DNA of 61,611 nucleotides, filler included, from Sminthopsis crassicaudata (taxonomy: Eukaryota), in assembly GCF_048593235.1 (NCBI RefSeq). It is 3 parts of 3 records of this genome, joined end to end, with 100 filler letters (N's around TTAATTAATTAA, not from the genome) between each part and the next. Parts side by side here need not be neighbours in the genome. Positions count along the whole stretch, not along the records: positions 46,847 to 61,611 come from NC_133618.1; 2 more parts are not named here. One strand, given 5' to 3'. The notes under the pieces were generated by a model, which worked only from the letters and a program-made list of their open reading frames with translations, searched no databases and was not told where the DNA came from. This document shows, piece after piece, positions 53,636 to 61,611 of this stretch. How positions within the stretch are numbered: position 1 is the first letter of the stretch; each line of letters opens with the position of its first letter. The position numbers were made by a program, and so were the translations under genes.

Positions 53636-55740
53636 GGATATAGAGGAAAAAAAGAAAAGAAAAAACAGGGAGGGATCCTGAGACAGAGCCTCCGAGAAAA
53701 TGGAGAGACTCTGGCTAGATGAACAGACTTGACAGTTGAGCCATAAAGGGAGCAGGGAGCAGGAGATGGGAAGACATTTAGATATCTGTCTCACTGCTAT
53801 GGTTGGGCAGTGTCATGTAGAGGTTCTAAAGAATTACAGACCAAAAGCTTCATGCAGTGTGTATTCAAATCTGCCAAAATATTTAGTTTTCCACCCTTGA
53901 AAGGCAGAATACTAGAGCTCAAAAGAGCTTCCTTTTAAGACTATATTGAAGAAGAAAATAGGAATGTTTTTAGTCTTAGTATCCTTAATTTGTTTTGGTC
54001 TCACTTTATATTAGTAGAATAATAACTAAGCATTTTGTCCTTAAATTGACTTAATAGATTTCACACTGGGGCTCAACCATGCAGATACACTCACTAGGAA
54101 ATACATATCATATATGTGAGAGACTAGTATAGTATGGCACATGGACAACATTTGGAGACTCTTTGAAAATTTAGATTTATTGCCATCTAAAATATAAAAT
54201 GGTTATAACATTGTTACCCTTCTTCAGTGGGTTCTATGTAGTGTTTTTTAAAAATTCTTTTGACTTTAGGCTGCTGATTTTAGTAGCCTTGTATTTAGCA
54301 GAAAACGTGCTAATAAACCAGTCATATTTGATACTTGTTTAATTGTGACATTAGGTATATATTTAAAAGTGACATTAGGTATATATTTGTTGGAATGAAT
54401 AAATGCTATTGCCATTCCAGTATTGGAGATTTCCAATAAGTGGGAATATTCAATTATTGAAATGGACTCTTGATATGGAGTGGAGGGAGGGAGGACTCAC
54501 TGCTCTATGTGACAAAGATATTTAAGGAAGGTTATGTCATGCCATGGACTCTGAGGAAAAACTAAAATACTAGGCTAAACATGCAAGAAAAAAGATGATT
54601 GGGGCAGCTAAATGGCACAGTGGATAGAGGACCAGCTTTGGAATCAGGAGAACCTGAGTTCAAATCTGGGCTTACACACTTGACACTTACTAGATACATG
54701 ATCTTGGGCAAGAGGAGGAAGAGGAGGAGCAGGAGGAGCAGGAGGAGCAGGAGGAGNNNNNNNNNNNNNNNNNNNNNNNNNNNNNNNNNNNNNNNNNNNN
54801 NNNNNNNNNNNNNNNNNNNNNNNNNNNNNNNNNNNNNNNNNNNNNNNNNNNNNNNNNNNNNNNNNNNNNNNNNNNNNNNNNNNNAAATATAACAAGTTCC
54901 CCAGATTGAACTCCTTATGATGAAAGCAAAATAGGTTGAACAAAATATAAAAGACCTTTTAAAGAGAGGGTCACCACCCTTCTTAGCAGCCATGGATCCA
55001 TTGCTATCACTCTGCCTGATAGTGTTGTTTTCATTCAATTATTTCAGTCGTATCTGACTCTTTTGTGACCCCCATTTGCTTAGCAAAAATTCTGCAGTCT
55101 TTTGCCATTTCCTTCTCCAGTTCATTTGTCAGATGAGGAAACTGAGGCAAACAGTTAAGTGACTTGCCCAGAATCACATAGTATCTGAGACTGTATTTAA
55201 ACTTAGTTCTTCCTGATGCCAGGTCCAGCACTCTATTTACTGAGCCAGCTACCCCAGTCAGTGACCCAGGAGCAAAATTTTCCTCTTGGGCAGTTATCCA
55301 CTGACAAGATAAGCACTGGATCATATTTAGGAAATGCTCTTCTTTAAGCCTGAGGGAAGCAAAGAGCTGTGGAGAAGGGACAGCAGTATAGACAATTAAG
55401 GTTATTCTCAGGGGAATATATCCAATTACCTAGAGAAGAAATCTTTGATATTTGTCTAGTACAGGCCACAGACAACATACCAAAATGGCAAGGAACCAAC
55501 ACAGAAAGATGTAGGTGATTACTAGAGAGCCTCGGGGGGCCCACCCTTGATATATGAAGATGCAGGACCCAGATCATGGTGTTGAAATGTTAGCAGAACC
55601 AATTTGTTAGAATTAGGAGCGCTGAAGACACCTATTTAAAGTGCCTACCTGTCTCTCACTAGAAAACATAAAACAACTGTTATTCTGACAAGGTTGGAGT
55701 AGTAGCTGCAGAAGGTCAAGAACAAGGAGCCATGGTGTAC

Positions 55741-55743
<3 letters not shown>

Positions 55744-55786
<43 letters not shown>
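55744..55786 (+). repeat. (TG)n microsatellite
   Basis: Direct inspection. Confidence 0.95.
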
Positions 55787-55788
<2 letters not shown>

Positions 55789-57454
55789 CAATGGATTTGC
55801 TTGGGGGAACCTCACCTTGGACAGGTAGAAAGCTTATTCTAGAGGTCACCCTTCTCTGCTTTGGATTATTACCTCTGAAAGAGGTATCAAGAAATTGGAG
55901 GTTACCTGTAGAAGCTGTTTCATTAGGAGATGGGGATAAATGTAGTCGGCCTAGACAAGAATAAGCCCAGAAATGAGCCTACAGACCAACAGGCCTAAAG
56001 ATTCTCACCCATGAAACACCGAAACCACAAGTAACAACAGTTAGATCCAGTGATGAGGTTTCCTCTGGAGAAATCAGGGAGCTAATATGATGGCCCCAGC
56101 TTAATGGGAGAAGAGGATACACTTGTGATTATACGATGACCACAGATGGAGCACATGCATAAATGGCATTTAATGCCAACATTTTACATCATGTTCTATA
56201 TATTTACATGTAACCTATGTACATGTAATTAATTAGGAAAATCTAGGAAGTCCAGGAGAGGTACAGGCAGGCAAAATCTAGAGAGGAAAAAGAAAAGGAA
56301 AAGTAGAATAAGACAAGACTCTAGGAGAATGAACAACAGGAACTTGAGAGCCCAGCCTGGGAGTATGGGGCACAAAGTATGAGGAACAAAGGAAAAAGAT
56401 TTTGGATAACCAGATGTCAGGGTCTATGCGAGAGATTGGATTGAGCATTTTTCTCTAAGATTTGGGCTTCTTAAAACTTCCCATTTAGGACCAGAGACTC
56501 TCATGGGCAATGATGAGCTTAGATGTCGAGACAAGGAGACAAACATTATTAGAAGACTTAATGTGGGATGGTATAGAGCAAGGCAGGTATTGATTGACCA
56601 CTAACACTCTAGTCCTCCAATATTCTCCATTATACCCTCTTCATCTTTGCCAATCCAAACAGTCCATCAGGAATAAGTTCTTATTCTATTCTGAGAGCCA
56701 GATAATTACCTCATGAAGCATTTAATATTAGAAGTTCCCTGACCCCTCTGAACAATTCAAGACAGGGTGGTTGTGTTTTGGACTTGATCCAAGGGAAGTC
56801 AATCACTTGGATACCAAACCTCAGTTTGTCCCACACAATGCGATGGCTTATTCAGTGCAATGGAAATATTTCACATTCCATATCAGAAGGGTTCCATCAT
56901 GAAGCCCTCAAAGGAAACAGGTTGGAAAGACTGAATTTATTAAGTACCACTGTATGCCATGCCCTTCATTATGTACTAAGGATATAAAGAAAGCAAAAAA
57001 ACAGCACCTGTTCTTAAGTTCACAATTTATTGGAGGGGAATAAGGGAGATAAAAATGCAAGCAGCAATACACAAAGAAGATAAGAACTTGGGGTACTCTC
57101 AAAGAGAGTACTAGGAATGGCATTTTTTTATGGAAGTTGGAATCTTATCTGAGACTTGAAGGAATTCATGAAATAAAGATGACATGAGAGATGGTTCCAG
57201 GCATGGAATCCAGCCAGCAAAAATGCCCAGAGTCAGGAAAATGGAGTGTCTTGCTTGGGGGACAGCAAGAAGACCATTGTAACTGAATCATAGAGAACAA
57301 AGAGGAGGAATAAAGTAGACTAGAGTAGTATGAAGAGTAGACTGGAAAAGTAGGAAGAGACCAGATTAGGAAGGGCTTCAAAAGCCAGAGGATTTTATAT
57401 TTGATCCTGGAATTAATAGGTTGGCACTGGGATTTATTGATTAATGATATGACA

Positions 57455-58410
57455 TTCCAAATCACTATTGATCAGAGAAATGCAAATTAAGACAACTCTG
57501 AGATACCACTACACACCTGTCAGATTGGCTAAGATGACAGGAACACATAATGATGAATGTTGGAGGGGATGTGGGAAAACTGGGGCACTGATACATTGTT
57601 GGTGGAGTTGTGAAAGAATCCAACCATTCTGGAGAGCAATTTGGAATTATGCCCAAAAAGTTATCAAACTGTGCATACCCTTTGATCCAGCAGTGCTACT
57701 ACTGGGCTTATATCCCGAAGAAATACTGTGGAGGGGAAAGGGACCTGTATGTGCCAAAATGTTTGTGGCAGCCCTTTTTGTAGTGGCTAGAAACTGGAAG
57801 ATGAATGGATGTCCATCAGTTGGAGAACGGTTGGGTAAATTATGGTACATGAATGTTATGGAACATTATTGCTCTGTAAGAAATGACCAACAGGAGGAAT
57901 ACAGAGAGGCTTGGAGAGACTTACATCAACTGATGCTGAGTGAAATGAGCAGAACTAAGAGATCATTACACACTTCAACAATAATTCTGTAAGAGGATGT
58001 ATTCTGATGGAAGTGGATATCTTCAACATAGAGAAGAGCTAATCCAATTCCAATTGATCAATGATGGACAGAATCAGCTACACCCAGAAAAGGAACACTG
58101 GGAAATGAGTGTAAACTGTTGGCATTTTTTGTTTTTCTCTCCAGATTATTTTTGCCTTCCGAATGCAATTCTTCCTTTGCAACAACAACAACAACAAAAT
58201 TCGGTTCTGCACATATATATTGTATCTAGGATATACTATAAGATATTTAATATATATGGGAATGCCTGCCATCTAGAGGAGGGGGTGGAGGGAAGAAGGG
58301 GAAAAATTTGGAACAGAAGGGAGTACAAGGGATAATGTTGTAAAAAAAAAAAATTACCCATGCATATGTACTGTCAAAAAAATGTTATAATTATAAAATT
58401 AATTTAAAAA
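57455..58410 (+). mobile_element. Young 5'-truncated L1 (intact ORF2 C-terminus 57468-57992, 3'UTR, poly-A) inserted in old L2 sequence
   Basis: [16 protein letters not shown]...[18 protein letters not shown] is the ORF2 Cys-rich end; tgatatgaca occurs on both flanks (~57445 and ~58419) as a probable target-site duplication; flanks 57000-57450 and 58420-59190 are L2-like. Confidence 0.9.
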
Positions 58411-61400
58411 AAAGAATAGTGATATGACACTAAGTTTTGTGTGAAGACCATTTAGACACTGAACAGAAGATGGATTGTAGTAGGGAATGCTTCTTGCTGT
58501 CAAGAATACCAATCATCAGACTATTGCAATAGTCAGTTGTGAGAGAGTGAGGACCTGGACCAGAATGGTAGCAAGTGTAAGAAGACAGGAAAGGCTGTTA
58601 AGTGAGAGATATTATGAAGGTAGAAATGTCAGGACTTGAAAACTGATTGAATATGGAAGGATCAAATGAGATAACATATATAAAGAACTTCACAGTTCTT
58701 ACAATGCTATGAAAATACTAGTCATTGTCATATAGTATCAGGAGTTGTTGCAAATCTAGGAAGATGATGGTACCCTCAACATTAATAGGAAAGGAGGAAG
58801 AAAAGAGGGTTTTGGGAGAGATGTTGAGTTCATTTTTGGAGTTGAGTTTAAGACATCTCTAAGACATCTAGTTTAAGACGCCCAATAGGTAATTGAAGAT
58901 GCAAGACTAGAGATCAGTAGAAAGATAAGGGCTAAGCAAATAGATGTGCATAGAGATGACAATTGAATCCATGGGAGCTGATGATAACATCAAGTGAAAT
59001 AGTATAATGGAAGAAGAGAAGAGGGTCCAAGACCAAGCCTTGCGAAATATCCAAGCAAGATCTAGATCAAGATCCAACAAATAATATTGAGAAGGAACAG
59101 TCAGACGGGTAGGAGAAGAACCAGGAGAGAACAATATCATAAAAAGCCTAGAGAGGAGAATCAAGGAGAAAAGGGTGATAGACATTGTCTGAGGCTACAG
59201 AGAAACTGCTTAAGGGGAGTGAGGAGTGGGGGGTAACTGAAACGCTCCAAACCAGAGTGAGAGGGGGAGATAAGCAGTCACTCACAAAGAGATTCTTTAC
59301 AGCTTAATCCCCAAAAGCCCCCATAGCTAGTGGAGCTCAGGGGTCATTGTCATAGGGGATGAGGTGGTGGGAGACATAAAAACAAGGAAAGAGAAGAAGA
59401 AAATTCTGCCATATGGAGCATATTAGATAAAGGCAGAACAGGGTCATAATTACAGCTAATTGTGTTAAGTCTTGCCGTGTCTTCAAGAAAGGAGGGAGGG
59501 AAGTGTAGGTCTGTTCTCTTCAGATCTACGCAGCCTGCATATCCCCTACTGAAGGTCAACCTAATTAACGACAGCAAAAAGCCATCACTCTCTGTGTCTG
59601 TTGGTTCCACTAACAGGACATTCCACTTGTAGTCTGGGCATATTAGGCTGGTGCTCGGCGCTTGCATGTGTTTAATTCTGAGCCAGTATTTTATGTGCTC
59701 TCACAGACAGAATTAATGGAAATAGGTTTGAGATTCAGATGACATCACATTGGTGACTCATAAATAGAAAGATGGATAGGTTTCCTCACCCAAGCCCACA
59801 ACCAGCCCACCTGACCCCACCCCACCCCTTACAGTTTTTTCAAGGTAACCTTGACTTGACAAATAGCAGCTGGGGAATGCCAGGCAATGGGGAGCACATT
59901 TGTAGCCATGTGGCTCTGCCACAAGTTAACACAAAGACCTAGGAAAGGAGGGGGAAATTTGGGGGGTGAAAGGAGAGGCTTGAGAGCAAAGGGCTCTCGT
60001 TGAGTTTTGCCCAGAGGTCTGGGGTTAACTAATTAGCTGGATCGGTATCTCAGCTCAAGAGAACTCTATACAAATCATTCTTTCTGTGAGTGTCAGTGAG
60101 TGGAAAAGACTGACTCGATGAGGATTTTATTCTTCTTCTTTCCTGGAAATGATATTTCTTGGTCATGTTTTTCCTGCTACATTTTATTGAACACTGTGCA
60201 CTGAACACCAAACAGGTAAATAGAGAAGAGGGGAAAACAACCAGCAGCAAGCTTAGCTGAGCCTAGCAGAGAACAGAGCTACAATTAGGCAATTATTTAC
60301 ACTATTAGAATTTCCTTGCAAGAGATTTTCATTGGGAAAATGCAAAGACAGAGTGACTCACACCCATTTAAAACTCAATGCCCCCTAAAAGACACATGAA
60401 GAGATTATTCTGGACGACCTCTCATTCTCCAAATCCAGGGCTCCAAAGGTCCCAAACCATCATCCCCTTCTTCTCTTCTGTCCAGCAGCTGGGCTGTCTC
60501 AAGGCCTTTACATTCCTTTGCTGCCTTCTGCCACTAAAAGAACCATTCATGAAATATAGCTGCAGGCCCCCATAGCCATTTCTGATTTCATCAGTCTATC
60601 TTCTGGAACTGTGAGCAAGGCTTTTGTTTCAAGGAGAATATGTAAACAAGAGGACAGCTGGGTTTGAGCCTGACCACGGAGTTGGCCTTTGTCATAAAGG
60701 CTTAGGGCAGAGGGCAGAGGGTGAGTTTTGAGCCTGTTAGAGCATCCAAGAATATTAGGATTGGAAGCTGGTCCCATTTTTCTTTCCCTTGTGCCCTTCT
60801 CCTCAAAACACACAAACTTTAAGACAAGTAGCAGTGCTGTTAGTAGTAACAGTAATTCCCATTTCTATAACCCTTTACCTTACCTTCTATAAATTGATTT
60901 TCTTTTAATTAACCCATAAGATAAATAGGACACATTATTATTATACTCATTTTACAGAATTTTTAAAGATGAAGTTCATATACGTAAAGTGGTCACACAA
61001 CAAATCCTGAACTAGAATTCAGACTTAACTCTGCCTAATGTTCTTTCCACCAAAATAATCTAATTTCCATAAGGGGTATGTGGAGGGGGTGATGGAAGGA
61101 GTGAGGGAAAGACAAGTGGAGTTTCATTTTTTTCATTTTCACAATGAGACCAATAACATTCGGTATTTACACAGCTAGAAGAATTCTAAAAGAAAAGCCT
61201 CAGGTAAATATCCAGCCTTGTTTTATTACTTGAACAGTGAAACCTTCTTAAATCAGCCCCCAAACATTAAGGATTTGGAGGTCAGGGGATGCCTGTATCT
61301 CAGGACAAGTTTTGCTTTGGACCTTTCCAACAACACTGAAATTTTTCAAGTTTTCCCTGTCCTGAGTCCAAAATTCAGATACATCTCTGTTGAAGATCTA

Positions 61401-61611
61401 CTTCCCCATTTCTCTGCTGATCAGAAATTTAGTGAGGATGGGAAAGACAATTTACATTACAAAGTTTAATGGAAAAAGAAAGAGCCAATCTCTGCTAACA
61501 TCCTTAGAAATGATGCATAAGAATAGCTAGGTAGCATAATGGACAGGGCACTAACTCTAAAGTGAGGAGAGCCGGAGTTCAAATTTGACCCCCGACACTA
61601 CTTAGTTGTGT

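Noticed and set aside
52793-55038. Long ORFs of 97-333 aa
   Set aside because: They are runs of X from N gaps.
59350-59667. 105-aa minus-strand ORF as a missing upstream C4 exon
   Set aside because: No similarity to recalled C4 sequence and no suitable splice sites.

Overview
Vertebrate genomic DNA from a marsupial, probably a dasyuromorph (inferred from WSINE1/MAR1-type CORE-SINEs and marsupial-type L1 3' ends). Two artificial 100-bp spacers (N44-TTAATTAATTAA-N44 at 26960-27059 and 46747-46846) split the window into three blocks whose adjacency may not be real. Block 1 (1-26959) is GC-rich and packs four genes into 23 kb: ZWINT (+, 6 exons, 228 aa), GRM6 (-, 11 coding exons, 899 aa model), ABT1 (+, 3 exons, 273 aa) and an MBD1-family gene (-). 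The MBD1 gene has two apparent +1 frameshifts, a 3-residue deletion in the CXXC3 DNA-binding loop and a long terminal exon encoding a domain I cannot assign. Block 2 (27060-46746) is AT-rich and repeat-rich. It holds only the last six exons of a complement C4 gene (-), bracketed by a ~530-bp, ~99% identical inverted repeat, plus an ERVL pol remnant and a nested L1/LTR stack. Block 3 (46847-61611) is mostly repeats and gaps, with one candidate exon. The best leads are the inverted-repeat-bounded C4 3' cassette, the altered MBD1 and its possibly transposon-derived C-terminal domain, and the ZWINT-GRM6-ABT1-MBD1 gene order. All exon models were read by hand from splice signals and recalled homology; no searches were run.
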